From Pristiophorus japonicus (lineage: Eukaryota): a DNA stretch of 64,000 bases. Below the pieces are notes generated by a model. It saw only the letters and a list, made by a program, of their open reading frames with translations, did not search any database and was not told the DNA's origin. The translations under genes and the position numbers were made by a program. Location: assembly GCF_044704955.1 (NCBI RefSeq), contig NC_091991.1, positions 55,862,001-55,926,000 on the forward strand. Direction: 5' to 3'. Shown here in pieces: positions 12,472-26,600 of the stretch. Position 1 is the stretch's first letter; each line of letters begins with the position of its first letter.

Positions 12472-13670
12472 TAATGACTGGAGTTCTTTGAGGATGTAAC
12501 GAGCAGGGTGGATAAGGGGGAACCAGTGGATGTGTATTTGGATTTCCAGAAGGCATTCGATAAGGTGCCATGTAAGAGGTTACTGCACAAGATAAAAGTT
12601 CATGGGTTGGGGGTAATATATTAACATGGGTATAGGATTGGTTAGCTAACAGAAAGTCGGGATAAATGGGTCATTTTCCGGGTGGTAAACAGTGACTAGT
12701 GAGGTGCTTCAGGGATCGGTGCTGGGTGCTCAACTATTTACAATCTATATAAATGACTTGGATGAAGGGATTGAGTGTAACGGAGCCAAGTATGCTGATG
12801 ATACAAAGATGGGTGGGAAAGCAAATTGTGAGGAGGACACAACAAGTCTGCAAAGGGAGATAGACAGGCTAAGTGTGTGGGCAAAAATTTGGCAGATGGA
12901 GTATAATGTGGGAAAATGTGAGGTTATCCACCGGCAGAAAAAATAGAAAAGCAGTACAGAGGGACCTGTGGCTCCTTGTGCATGATACACAAAAAGTTAA
13001 TATACAGGTACAGCAAGTAATCAGGAAGGCAAATGGATTGTTGCCCTTTACTGCAAGGGGGATAGAGTATAAAAACAGAGAAGTCCTGCTACAACTGTAC
13101 AGGTTATTGGTGAGGGCACACCTGGAGTACTGTGTATAGTTTTGGTTTCCATACTTAAGGAAGGATATACTTGCATTGGAGGCTGTTAGAGAAGGTTCAC
13201 TAGGTTGATTCCGGAGATGAGGGGATTGACTTATGAGGGTAGGTTGGGCCTATACTCATTGGAGCTCAGAAGAATGAGAGATGATCTTCTTGAAACTTAC
13301 AAGATAATGAGGGGACTCGACAAGGTGGATGCAGAGAGGCAATGTCCATTCATAGGGGAAACTAAAACTAGGGGACATAGTCTTAGAATAAGGGACCACC
13401 CATTTAAAACTGAGATGAGGAGAAATTTCTTCTCTCTGAGGGTTGTAAATCTATGGAATTCTCTGTCCCAGAGAGCTGTGGAGGCTGGGTCATTGAATAT
13501 ATTTAAGGCAGAGGTAGACAGATTTTTGAGCGATAAGGGTTTATGGGGAGCGGGCAGGGAAGTGGAGCTGAGTCCATGATCAGATCGTCCATGATCAGAT
13601 CAGCCATGATCTTATTGAATGGTGGAGCAGGCTCGAGAGGCCAAATGGCCTACTTCTCCTATTTCTTGGG
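12472..13670 (+). mobile_element. CR1/HER1-like LINE 3' fragment in PRDM4 intron 1
   Basis: [32 protein letters not shown]1 tail. Confidence 0.9.
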
Positions 13671-13764
13671 TGGATTTGTGTTGGAACACGTCTGTACTGG
13701 GTTGTGTGTGCACTGAGGTCCATACATTGTCTTTACGCGTTTATGATTCTCTTGCTTTCCACAG

Positions 13765-13831
13765 TGGAAACAGATGGATGCTTCAGCAGTGAAAACCTTC
13801 TGGGATAGGATAAACCAGGAGGCTCTTTCAG
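13765..13831 (+). other. PRDM4: Putative PRDM4 5' leader exon 2
   Basis: Strong acceptor ttctcttgctttccacag| and donor tcag|gtaaat in unique sequence ~640 bp upstream of the first coding exon; vertebrate PRDM4 has a short exon at this position. Confidence 0.65.
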
Positions 13832-14473
13832 GTAAATCCCTGCTTTTGTCTTGGAATCACGTGATTACTGCTTGAGGGAACCTATTTCTTTTCTCTAAGG
13901 CATAGTACCTGGATGTTTTTCTTTATTTTGTGTTTTTGTTGGTACCACAATAAGGAGGTGAATAAGTAAGTAAGAGAGCTGTTGGAAGGATGGGATTTTT
14001 ATTTAAAAACCATTGGATTTGGGCATGGAGCTGATTTAGTGCAATCAACTCATTTGACTCTGGTCTCTGACCGAGGAGTGAAGTAAGTTAGTGCTGTTCA
14101 GAAGCACAGATTGAGAATCATTACAGTACAGGATTTTCCAGAGTTTATATAAAAATAAGTTCTCTGATTCAGTAAATGCACGGTCAGCTTTGCAATGTAG
14201 GACCAGAGGCCTGTTCCCTGTTGGATTTGTGGTGTGGAAGTGGCCATAGTACAAAGTTACGTTTGGCAATGAATCCCATTGGAGATATCAGATTGATGTC
14301 TTTCACTCAATAGAAAGAAATGCCGGAAATACCTTGTTATTATGTCTGTTTTTTAAATATTGGTTCCTGCGTAATTTTGTTGAAATTAACAGTTTGTGAG
14401 AGAATGCTATCCATGCAGTTAATCTCAGGCCACAATCATTGGTTAATAACGAATACATTGTGTATTTTTCAGC

Positions 14474-14603
14474 ATGAATGACATAAACCTGAGCCCTGTG
14501 GGAATGGATCAGCTGAGTGCTTCATCTGTTAGCAGCACCTTGCCTGTTACGGGAAGTCACCTGGGCATGGGTTCACCCACCCACAACTCTCTCCCAGCTC
14601 CAG
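14474..14603 (+). CDS. PRDM4: PRDM4 first coding exon (exon starts 14473)
   Basis: tttttcag|c ATG AAT GAC...; [43 protein letters not shown]; donor g|gtagga. Confidence 0.92.
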
Positions 14604-17600
14604 GTAGGAAATGCTGATCTAAACTGATAGAATTCAGAGCGCAATAGCTAATATTCCCTGCTGTCAGCCAGCAGACTGGGCATTCCCTCTTAACTAGTCA
14701 TCCAGCGAACTCTTAAATGTCAGTTGCATTTTCTTTTCTTTGGAGTACCACTTGCAAGTGTCTCCTGCTGCTTTTGGTGCTTATTTTTCTCAATGCACTT
14801 GCCTCATTGAGTACATAAGTTTAACTGTAATTAGCAAGCAAACCCTCCCCCCACCTCCAGATTGGGAATTTTGTAGATACTGAATTTTTTAATGCCTTTT
14901 TGAGCCTGTGTCACTCAATGATCTTAAACCTATTTTTGGGATTTGTCTTTGGAATCAGTGAGCTTTAGGCGTTCTCAGTAGATTTATTTGCATTTGGATT
15001 AAGCTTTTATTGAAACCTCAGCTGAAGTTTCTACGATGTCACTGAAGGCTTCTTTCTCGAGAGATCTTGGTGCCCAAATTCATGCCACCTCTATTCCTCA
15101 GAGTTCAAATGCAAATTTTACTGTGTGTCTCTGAAGCTCTGCCGGCATATCTCGCACTCTACTATCAAGCCAGAGGACAAACCCTGGTTCAATGAGGACT
15201 ACAGAACAGCATGCCGGGAGTAACACAAGGAGTACCTAAAAATGAGGTGCCAACCTGGGGAAGAAGCAACACAGGACTACATCATGCTAAATAGTGGAAG
15301 CAGCATGCTATAGACAGACCTAAGCGATCTCACAATCAACGGATCAGATCAAAGCTCTGCAGTCGTGACACATCCAGTTGTGAATGGTGGTAGACAATTA
15401 AACAACTATTAGGAGGAGGAGGAGGCTCCATGAATATCCCCATCCTCAATGAAGGCGGAGCCCTCCACACGAATGCAAAAGAGAAGGCTGAAGCATTTGC
15501 AACCATCTTCAGCAAGAAATGTCGAGTGGATGATTCATATTGGCCTCTTCCTGAGGTCTCCACCATCACAGAAGCCACTCTTCAGCCAATTTGATTCACT
15601 TCATGTGATAGCAAGAAATAGTGGCTGAGTGCACTGGATACAGCAAAGCTATGGGCACTGTGGCTGTTGTGCTGAAGCCTTATACTTCAGAACTAGCCTC
15701 ACCTCTAGCCAAGCTGTTCAAGTACAGCTACAACACTGGCATCTCCCCGATAATGTGGAAAACTGCTCAGGTATGTCCTGTCAACAGAAAGCAGGTCAAA
15801 TCCAATCCGGTCAGTTACCACCCCCATCAATCTACTCTCGATCATCAGCAAAGTAATCGACAGAGCTATCAAGCAGCACCTACTCACCAATAACCTGTTC
15901 ACTGATACTCAGTTTTGGTTCTGCCAGGACCACTTGGCTCCAGATCTCAATACAGCCTTGGTCCAAACAAAAGAGCTGAATTCCAGAGATGAGGTGAATG
16001 TGACTGTCCTTGACATTAAGGCAGCATTTGACTGAGTGTGGCATCAAGGAGCTCTAGTAAAATTGAAGTCAATGGGAATCGGGGAAAACTTGCCACTGGC
16101 TGGAGTCATACCTAGCACAAAGGAAGGTGGTTGTTGGAGTCCATTCAACTCTGCCCCAGAACACTGCTGCAGGAGTTCCTCAGGGCAATGTCCTCGGCCC
16201 AACCATCTTCAGCTGCTCCATCAATGACCTTCCCTTCATCATAAGGTCAGAAGTGGGGATGTTCACAGATGATTGCAGTGTTCCGTTCCATTCGTAACTC
16301 CTCAGATAATGAAGCCGTCCATGCAAGCATAGCAAGATCTGGACGACATTCAGGCATGGGCTGATAAGTGGCAAGTAACATCCGTGCCACTCAAGCGCCA
16401 GGCAATGACTATCTCCAACAAGCGAGAATCTAACTACCACCCCATGACATTCAACAGTATTACCATCGTCGAATCCCCTACCATCTACATCCTGGGGGTC
16501 ACCATTGACCAGAAACTTAACTGGACCAGCCACATAAACATTGTGGCAAAAAGAGCAGGTCAGAGCATGGGTATTCTGCAGGAATCTTCCCTCCTGACTC
16601 CCAAAGCTTTTCCACCATCTACAAGACACAAGTCAGGACTGTGATTGAATACTCCACTTGCCTGGATGAATGCAGCTCCAACAACACTCAAGAAGCTCAA
16701 CACCATCCAGGACAAAGCAGCTCACTTGATTCTTACCTCATTTACTACGTTAAATGTTCACTCTCTCCACCACCGGCACACCATGGCTGCAGTGTGTACA
16801 ATCTACAAGATGCACTACAGCAACTTGTCTCGACTTCATCAACAGCACCTCACAAACCCACGACTTCTATCATCTAGAAGGACAAGGGCAGCAGGTACAT
16901 GGGAACACCATCACCTGCAAGTTCCCCTCCAAGTTACACACCATCCTGACTTGGAAATATATTGCTGTTCCTGGAACTCCCTCCCTAACAGCACAATAGA
17001 ATACCTTCACCACACGGACTGCAGCAGTTCTAGAAGGCAGCTCACCACCATCTTCTCAAGGACAATAAGGGATGGGCAATAAATGCTGGCTTTGCCAGCG
17101 ACATCCACATCCCAGGAACGAATATAAAAACAACAGTAAGACTAATCCAGATGTCAGTAGGTAATTTGATTTTTTCGGATTTCACGATTTATCAGGTTTT
17201 GATGCATTGTTACCAGGTGCTTTGCCTCCTGAGTAATTTTTGTGGCAGGTTACGGCTGAAAGATGCATGCAATGTTATAGTGCTGCAAATTAGTCCACGT
17301 GTGGAATCATGATCAGGGTCACTGATTTGCAGTAACTGGACATGTCACATTCAGTTTTCTTTTGTAATATAGGATCAGCAGTCTTGCCAGTATTTTAGGA
17401 TCTAATTTTGAGATTTCATCTTCCTTTTCCTCAAAACTGTAAACTGGCGGCCTTGATCATGGTGTAATGAGAGTTAGTGTGTATTTACTACAGTCAAGAC
17501 TAGTGTGTGATGGTCATAGGAATGGCTAGCAGTTAGCCTGTATATATCAAGCTGTTTTTGTATGGTAATAGCAATGAAAATCAAGTGTCAGTAGCTAACT

Positions 17601-20600
17601 CAGATATCCAGACCAAAGCTTCCTGTGTAACAGCATAGATATCTTGTAGGCTGCCTGCAAATTTCCTCTGAGGAGTGTTCAATGATGTGCTCCAGGGTCT
17701 GATAGGAGCTCCATAGTCGCATGATGGTGATTCTTTAACTTTCCATCTATGGAGAAGGTGGCAGCATCTACCATGACCAGTTCTGAGGCAGTTAATGGTT
17801 GTCAACTGTTTGCAAGGAAGGTTTGATCCTGAAGGTTGTACTATGGTGTCCTCTATAAGGAATCCATTCAGTATATCACAGTTCTTCCGAACATTTCGCC
17901 ATCGATCATCAAGGCTGAGGGGAGATCATGAAGGACTTCGGCGATGTCCAAAATGATCGTCTAGATTTGAGATGGGTTGGTGGTAGGTTATTCAAGTCAG
18001 CCTGGATTGGCATGTCTTTACTGGTGTAGCGGCGGTTATATTCTCTGGAGACTGTATATTCGCAGCATAGGTGTGGTGGTGCGATGTTTGCAAGCATGGG
18101 CAGCTAAGTTGTTGGTGTCGATGAAAGCATTAGTTAAGCGAAGCATATAGTTGTGTTGTGCAGTATGTTTGTGAAGTGTTTAGTATGTGTTTGCTTATTT
18201 TAATTCAATTCTTGATGTTTAAACTGCAGGAATGCCAGTGGCAATACCGAACCTTAGTCCTTCCTTAGGCTCCCTCCCATCTGCCCTTTCATTAATGCTT
18301 CCAATGAGCATTGGAGAACGTGGAGTAATGTGCAGCATTCCGGAGCGAAATTATACTTTACCCCCTCCTCCCTATCCACACTTGGAGAACAGCTATTTTC
18401 GGCACATTCTGCCAGGTAAGTGAAGACCTGGCAATGGAAGGGAAACATTTAGAGTTTGCTTTCTTCTAAACTTGACACCCTGTCAGAAATGTACCTTGTG
18501 TTCCAACAATTGCCAGACACAGTGCTTTTCCGTGCCTGCTGCCTCTCAGTCCTGCTGCCTCGTCTGCTCCTTGTCTGACTGCGCTGCATCCTCCATGTGT
18601 TCTTATCTGTCTGCCAAGCTTCCGTGTGTTACTATCTGTCTCTGCTGCCTTCTGTGTACCCTTCATCTGTCTGTACTACCTCCTTCACATTTCCTTTATC
18701 TGTCTGTCTACCTCCTTCACATTCCCTTCATCTGTTTGTACTACCTGCTCTAGTGTCAGGTGTGGCTCAGTGGGTAGCACTCTCGCCTCTGAGAGTTCAG
18801 GTTCTACTCCAGAGACCTAAGCACAAAAATCTAGACTGACACTCCAATGAGGGAGTGCTGCACTGTTAAATGAGACGTTAAACCGAGGCCCCGTCTGCCC
18901 TCTCGGGTGGATGTAAAAGATCCTACGGCACTATTTTGAAGAAGGGCAGGGAAGTTCTCCCTGATGTCCTGACCAATGTTTATCCCTTAACATTACAAAA
19001 ACAGATTATCTGGTCTTTAACACATTGCTGTTTGTGGGAGCTTGCTGTGTGCAAATTGGCTGTCGCATTTCCTACATTACAACAGTGGCTACACTTCAAA
19101 ATTAATTCATTGGTCGTAAATGAAGCCGAGGTCGTGAAAGGCACTATATAAATGCAAGTCTTTTTTTTTCTTATTCACGTTCTCTTCATCTGTCTGCTGC
19201 CTCGTCTACACTGCTGTTCTGTCACAGTTTTAGAGAATATATTTCAATTTCTTTCCCTTTCAGATGGTAACTGACTTGCTGACCTGACCCACTGTGCATT
19301 TTCATAATTTTCTGCCGTAATTCCAATACCTGACTTTTTTTCTTCACCATGTTTTTATAATCTAATGTCTTCTGATGACAATACTCTTCAATAGCTGCCG
19401 CCCTCTCTTTTACTGTTGATATTTACTTTAGCTTAGAGACTAGGAATTGGAGATAAACACCATTCCTCCACTGCCAGAACAAGAAGACTACCTGCTCCTG
19501 TGTCTCACCAATACTATTGTCCAACTGGCCACCACGAGGGCTGTGACAGCATCCTGGCAGGACCTCCCTCCCTGTGGGGTAAGGCCTGGACTCCACATGC
19601 CACAGCTTCATAATGGTAGGGATGAAATTGAGAAGGCACTGTCCAGAGACAGATGGGTGAAACCCATGTTATATCTCTGAGCACGTTGAGAGTTCCAGCA
19701 AGCTGGGGCACCGGACTTTTTGTTACATGAGATTTTATTTTCCTCCAACAAATATTAGTTTTTTTTAAGTACCCGCTTACTTTTTGGGCACATGAACAAC
19801 AGAAATTTCAAATCCTTTTCCGCTTCATATATTCAAAGTTTCCAGATGAAAAATTCTGTTTCTGCCCAGGAACTGGTGATGCCTCTCCCCATTCTGCTCT
19901 TTTTTTTCTTCTTCCTATACCTAGCATTGATAATGGAGAGTAATGGTTTGATCTGAAGTAAAAGTAATGTTTCTCACTTTGTCACTGACTTACATTTGTT
20001 ACTACCTGCAGGTATTTTGTCTTACTTGGCTGACAGACCACCTCCCCAATACATCCACCCCAGTGCTATTAGCGTGGATGGCAGTCCTGCACTGCCTGTT
20101 TCCAGCCAGCCACCTACCCTTGATCATTATGAACCTAGTGGTGGAGTGGGCTTGGAGTCCAGCATCGTCTCCATAGACTCCAGGCAAGTAGGCACTCACA
20201 ACTCCCGCAATCTGCATCAGAGCAACAACCAGGAGGTCCCATTGGATGCTAATATCTCCATGGAAACGGTTTCCAGAGTAAACAGTCCCATCTCGACGGA
20301 AGGGATGAGCGAAGACTTGACAATGAATGGGGTCACAGGAGAGCCACAAACATTACCCTCTGGCTCCAGAAACCATGAAACGATAACTGTGGACTCGGTG
20401 GGGAATAATTTGGAAGCAGAGGCAGTAGTAGGGCAGAATACAGTGATTCCAATTCATGCTAACTCGCTGGAGTTGCCAGTTGTCATGGAAACAGAACCCA
20501 TGACTGGTCGAGTAAGCAACATCTCGCCAAATTCTTTGAATGACTCCATCCATGCTGCTGCGATGAACTCAAACCCAGTAGGAGTGTCTCTTTCTTCCTC

Positions 20601-23600
20601 TCACTCACTGCCTTCACTCGAGCCAGTGCCTCTTCATGGGTCCAGTGTGGGACTGGACACAGTTTCTGTTTCCAGCATTACAACAGAGGTCTCCATGAGT
20701 TCCAACCAGGTTGACGTGTCTTCAGAAAATCTTTCATTTGTGTCAGGATCTCTGCAGATGGAGGACTCCAGTTCCAACAAAGAGAACCTCACAGATTCTT
20801 TTACAATCTGTAAGTAATATTTGTTAACATCAGTGTTTGTAGGATGAAATCTTTATTAACCTTTGAGTCCTGAAATACTATTGTCTCTGACGACGTAAAG
20901 TATCTTTTTTCTTTTTCCAACGTCTGCCTCTAAAGCTTTATGGATGAAAGCATGGTAAAGCAGCTCATTTGAGCTGGTTTCTAGTGGTACCACTGTTGCC
21001 TCTGAGTCAGAAGGTCGTGGGTTGAAGTTCCACTCCAAAGATTTGAGCAACACAATATAAGGCTGACACTTCAGTGCAATACTGAGAGAATGCTGAATTG
21101 TCAGAGGTGACATCTTTTGGATGATTTGCTTAACTGAGGTGTTGACATGTACGTAAAAGATCCTATGACACTATTTGAAGAAGGGCAGAGGAGTTCTTGC
21201 GTCCTGGCCAACATTCATTCCTCAACCTACACCACCAAAACAGATTAACTGGTTATTTATCATGCTGCTGCATTTGCCTACGATACAACAGTGAGTACAG
21301 TTCTAAAGTAATTAATTGACTGTGAAGCACTTTGACATTTCCTGAGGACATATAAGATACCATCTCACCAACTTTCTCCACTTCCCACCTCCTCTTCTGA
21401 AGGTGTTGACTGCTTGCGGCTCACTGGATGCTGGGAGCCCTCCCATTTCAAGTTATATGGGAACTGTTAATGCCGCCTCCTGCCTCACCCAACCTCCACA
21501 AGTTTTCTAGATGTTATGGAAGGGGATGGTGGTAATAAAATACTTATCAAGGAATGTTAGTACAGGTACAACATCTGAAATCCGGCATCCTCGGGACCGA
21601 ATCCGTGCCGGATTTTGGGTTTTGCCAGATTACAGACAAGAAAATCGTCTGAAATCCAGCATCTTCAGGACCGAATCCGTGCCAGTTTTTGGGTTTTGGC
21701 AGATTTCGGACCTCGCTGTTGGCGCTCCTCGCCGCTCTCAGATTCCTGCCGATCCTCCGCCCCTCGCCGCCTGCCGATTCCCTCCGCCCCTCGCCGCCCA
21801 CCGCCCCTCATCACCCGCCTATTCCCACGCCACCGCCCCCCCCCCGGCGCTGCGTTTTTTACCGGTTTCCTCGTCCCTTGCCGCCCGATATCGGCATCTT
21901 GGCCACCACAAAAATGTCCAGTTTTCGGACAATTCTGGATTTGGGACGTTGTATCTGTATTGAGAAGTGGAGCATTCTTTTTCTTTTTGCAGCTAGTGTT
22001 CATATCCAGTACTCCCAGGTAAGGAGCATCATGGATATGGATGCAATTTAAAGCTCTCTCTGAATTATCCAAACAATACCTTTTAATTCCTGACTCAGAA
22101 GAGTACTGCCTTATATAATATTTGCATGTTACACACACGCCAGCTTTTTGGCCTCTCATTGACCCTGCTAATTTGTGTTGAATTATGAGATATCTATCGT
22201 CAGATTGAAACTGCCTAAACTTTCCATCTGGGACCTTTATGGAATGGATATTTTCATCCTATTAGTCTAGGCTGGATTCAAACAAATGTCACAGGTGATC
22301 GGGTATTGTTGAACCTACTACACCAGACAGTCTTAATATTTTTATTGTAATATAGATGATAGTTGAAATCACACATTATATTTCTCTTTGGTGCCTTTTG
22401 TTCTAGTATTTACATTGGTGGGGTTGATCTTGTGATAGTTTGTTTTATTTCAACTTCATGAAATCTAGAAAACCCAGATTTTTTTTGTCTGTTTATATAG
22501 TTAGTCCAGTAGTCCACGGTGACGTTCTCTAAGTGTCGCAGCCTAGCAACTTCTAGTTGTGATACTTTGTCCCCTTCCTTGCATGGCAATCTTGCTTTAA
22601 ATTTTGGTGTGTTTTGTCAATGACAGCAAATGTTTTCTAGTGATACTTAAGCTGCTTTTATATTACAGCCTGGGCCTTAGGAGAATGAGCTAACTACACC
22701 ATTCTCCTGCATTTATCTTTGCTGGCCTTTTGTAAACTAGCTGCTCAAATGCAGACTGGGTGTGACATTTTGACATTGTGATGTCACAACATCCCCACCA
22801 GGGAGCAGCCTGTTCACTGGCCCTCGAGGACTGGTGACAGTCAGGAAGACCCTGTTTAACAAATTGGTCTTTCTGGCTTAAGAAAGCTCTGGTAGGTTTA
22901 CCTTGATGGCTGCAGGTTGTACTGGGAGCTGGCAGCCGAAGAACAATTTAAAAGCAGCTTTAATAGCCTTTGATGAAAATGTGCACTGTTGATATTTGTC
23001 TATTTTTCCCTGTCCTTCAGGGTGTACTCTGTGTGACCGAGCTTACCCTGCCGACTGTCCTGAACATGGAGCAATGACTTTCATTCCGGACACACCAGTC
23101 ATCAGCCGAGCCAGACTGTCGATTCCTAGACAGCTGACCCTCAGGCAGTCCATCACTGGAGAAGATGTTGGTATGCAGGAGGTTTCATTTCATTCTATGT
23201 TCTATCTATTTATAAAAAAGGAGGTGGTTGTCATATTAAGGATTATGTTGAGAACTTTCTGGAATTTCTGGAACAAACTATGCTGAGAATTCATTGGGCC
23301 GAAAATTGTGGCCTCTCTGGATGCATACGATGTGTGCACACACCCGAAGAGGCCTTGCAAATGCCGGTTCGCGGCGCGCAATGCGAATGCGTCGAGAACC
23401 GGCTTTTGTGATCAGTCAAATTTCTTTTGACAGATTACACGGATCCCTACAGGAAGGACACAGGAAGACAGAGATTGGGCTATTTGGCCAATTCTTGTCC
23501 AGCGAATGTCCTTCAAACCCTTGCACCTGGTAAAAGCAGGCATAGAGCCTATTTTTACCAGCGTAAGAGTTTTAAAACATAGAAAAATTAAATTTAATCA

Positions 23601-26600
23601 CTAATTTTTATATTAAATGCCCTGTTCATTAAGGTAAGTTTATTTTAACCCTATTAAAACACGTTTAAAAATAAAATCAAAAAAACTTTTTTTTTCTACA
23701 ACCTTTAATTATGTTCAATTTCAATTAATTTTAAATATGTGAGGTGTTTTTTTTATTTATTGTGTTGTGTTCTTGTTTTGTGGGGGGGGGGGGTATTCTC
23801 ATTGATAGTAATGGGAACTGTAGTAGATGTGCTATCTTTGGTTTCAATCTTTGCAATGTGATTCTGTCACGCTATTTATTTTAATGGGAATATGATGTAT
23901 TTTTTTTCTCTCATTTTAATGGAGATTGTACGCTGATCCTCTCAAAAGTATCATTTTAAAATGTATTCTCTTCAGCTACCTCCATCCTGCCCCAAATCCA
24001 ACTGTTTCTCTCTAGCAAATTCCAAACTCACCACTTCTCCTCTCCCAAAGCCAGCTAGTTTGCACCTTCTCCCTCCCATTCACCCAAACCTAGCTGCTCC
24101 CTCCTTCCATCCGACTTCATACTCAGCTGATTTGTGCTTCCACTTAGCTCTGTATCCCTCTCACCCAGCTAACCTGCACATCGCTCCAGCACCAGCAGAA
24201 AAATCTGTTTGGCAACATTAATAGCATTTGATCACTGAGATTGTCTCCTAACCAAGTTTCTTCACTGAGATTGCCCCAGCACACTCACTGTGTGTCACCG
24301 CGATTATCCCAGCACATTGACTGCCTTACTGAGAGTGCCCCAGCACGCACTGACTGTGTCTGTTGACTGGCAGGTGTGTGGAGTCAAGAAGCAATTCCTG
24401 TACGCACGTGTTTTGGACCTCTGATTGGACAACAGATTAACGCGATAGAAATCGCTGATTGGTCAAACAAAAGCAGCATCACCAATATCTGGAAGGTTAG
24501 TGTGACTGAAATATAGCATAACGTTAACACTTGTTCTTGGTAGTTTCTTAAAACTTAAACACTAAAATACAGCAGTGTGTGCGGGTGTGAGTGGATGGGT
24601 GCACATTCACTTCTCTCTTTCAGTGTTGTCCAATATGTTAGCCACTGGCCACGTGGCTGATTGGGAACCCAGATGTGGCCAATTGATTGTCTGATTAATT
24701 AAAACTGTCTTTGGGCACGTGTACTCAATACTCATATAAGCAAGGTATAGGCATGTGTACTTTATCTTGCGCATTGGATCAATTACCTCGGAAAGAGGGT
24801 TCAAAAGATCAGGGAGTGCTGGTTGACCCAACATTGACTCTGTCAAGTCATTGCCGAGGAGTGATTAACAAAGCAAACAGAATGCTGCGGTCTGTTGTCA
24901 GATTAGCAGAATGCAAGTCTGAGAGAGTCATCTTGAAGCTCTATTGTGCTACTGTCAGACCAACACCATGAGTACTGCATTCATTTCATGAAACGAGGCA
25001 CAGGGGAAACAGAAAAGGGCCACAAAGCTAATCCCTGGTACCAGAGGTCAGAGCTGTGTGGAAAGATTAGAAAATTTTAGATTCTTCATCCTTGGAAAGA
25101 GATAAGTGAGAGTGGACCATATAGAGGTGTATAGACTAATAAGTGGAATAGGAAAGGTTAACCCAGAGCACTAATTCAAGTTAAAACATAACTGCAGGAC
25201 AGGGGACTTGGGTATAAACTGGCAAAAAGCAAGATCAAGACTGATGTCAGGAAGCGCCTGACATAAAGGGCCCAAGTTTCCACAGGATAAAAAACGGGCG
25301 CCCCTCCGAGCTGGGCGCCCGTTTTTCGCGCCTAAAACGGCGCCAGAAAAAAAAACGCGCTATTCTCGAGCGCTTTGCAGCTCCTTGTCTGTTTGGCGCG
25401 GAGCCTACACTCGCGCCGATTTTGTAAGTGGGAGGGGGCGGGTACTATTTAAATTAGTTTTTTTCCTGCCGGCAACGCTGCGCGTTGGAGCATTCGCGCA
25501 TGCTCAGTGTGAAGGAAACATTGGCACTCGGCCATTTTTGTAGTTCTGTATAGCTGTTTAATTTTTGAACATTTTTTAATAAAAGCACATTGCCATCAGC
25601 AATCAGCACTGAGGCTACCCTTCTCACTGTCTCCTTCCCCTCCCCACCCTCCACGGCAACAAACGGCGGTTTCCTTCCCCTCCCTCCCGTCCACGGCAAC
25701 AAACGGCGGTTTCCTCCCCCTCCCTCCCCTTCACGGCAACAAACCGCTGTCTCCTTCCCCTCCCTCCCCTCCACGGCAACAAACCGCTGTCTCCTTCCCC
25801 TCCCTCCCCTCCACGGCAACAAACCGCTGTCTCCTTCCCTTCCGCGGCAACAAACGGTGGTTTCCTCCCCCTCCACGGCGGCAACAAACCGCTGTCTCCT
25901 TCCCCTCACTCCCCTCCACGGCAACAAACCGCTGTCTCCTTCCCTTCCGCGGCAACAAACGGCGGTTTCCTCCCCCTCCACGGCGGCAACAAACCGCTGT
26001 CTCCTTCCCCTCACTCCCCTCCACGGCAACAAACCGCTGTCTCCTTCCCCTCCCTCCCCTCCGCGGCGACAACAAACCGCTGTCTCATTCCCCTCACTCC
26101 CCTCCACGGCAACAAACCGCTGTCTCCTTCCCCTCCCTCCCCTCCACGGCAACAAACCGCTGTCTCATTCCCCTCACTCCCCTCCACGGCAACAAACCGC
26201 TGTCTCCTTCCCCTCACTCCCCTCCACGGCAACAAACCGCTGTCTCCTTCCCCTCCCTCCCCTCCGCGGCAACAAACCGCTGTCTCCTTCCCCTCACTCC
26301 CCTCCACGGCAACAAACCGCTGTCTCCTTCCCCTCCCTCCCCTCCGCGGCGACAACAAACCGCTGTCTCCTTCCTCTTCCTTCCCTCCACGGCAACAAAC
26401 CGCTGTCTCCTTCCCCTCCATGGCAACAAACGGCGGTTTCCTCCCGCGGGAACGAACGATGGCTGAAGCACTTTCACACAGGTAGGAAGATGGTTTATTT
26501 AATCTTTTCTTTGCTTATAAATGTTTATTCAGGTTAGATTTATTTGTATAATATTTGTAGAAGTATAAATAAGGATTGATTGTAGAATTTAATTACTTCC

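Noticed and set aside
18757-18830. tRNA gene
   Set aside because: The A/B boxes belong to a SINE head; no complete cloverleaf is visible.
21511-22159. Cluster of overlapping Pro/Arg-rich ORFs
   Set aside because: They lie within a GC-rich Tc1/mariner-type MITE.
25454-26537. Long ORFs (233 and 315 aa) and a CRISPR-like repeated appearance
   Set aside because: Head-to-tail 40-bp minisatellite with no unique spacers and no cas genes; the ORFs arise because the unit lacks stop codons.
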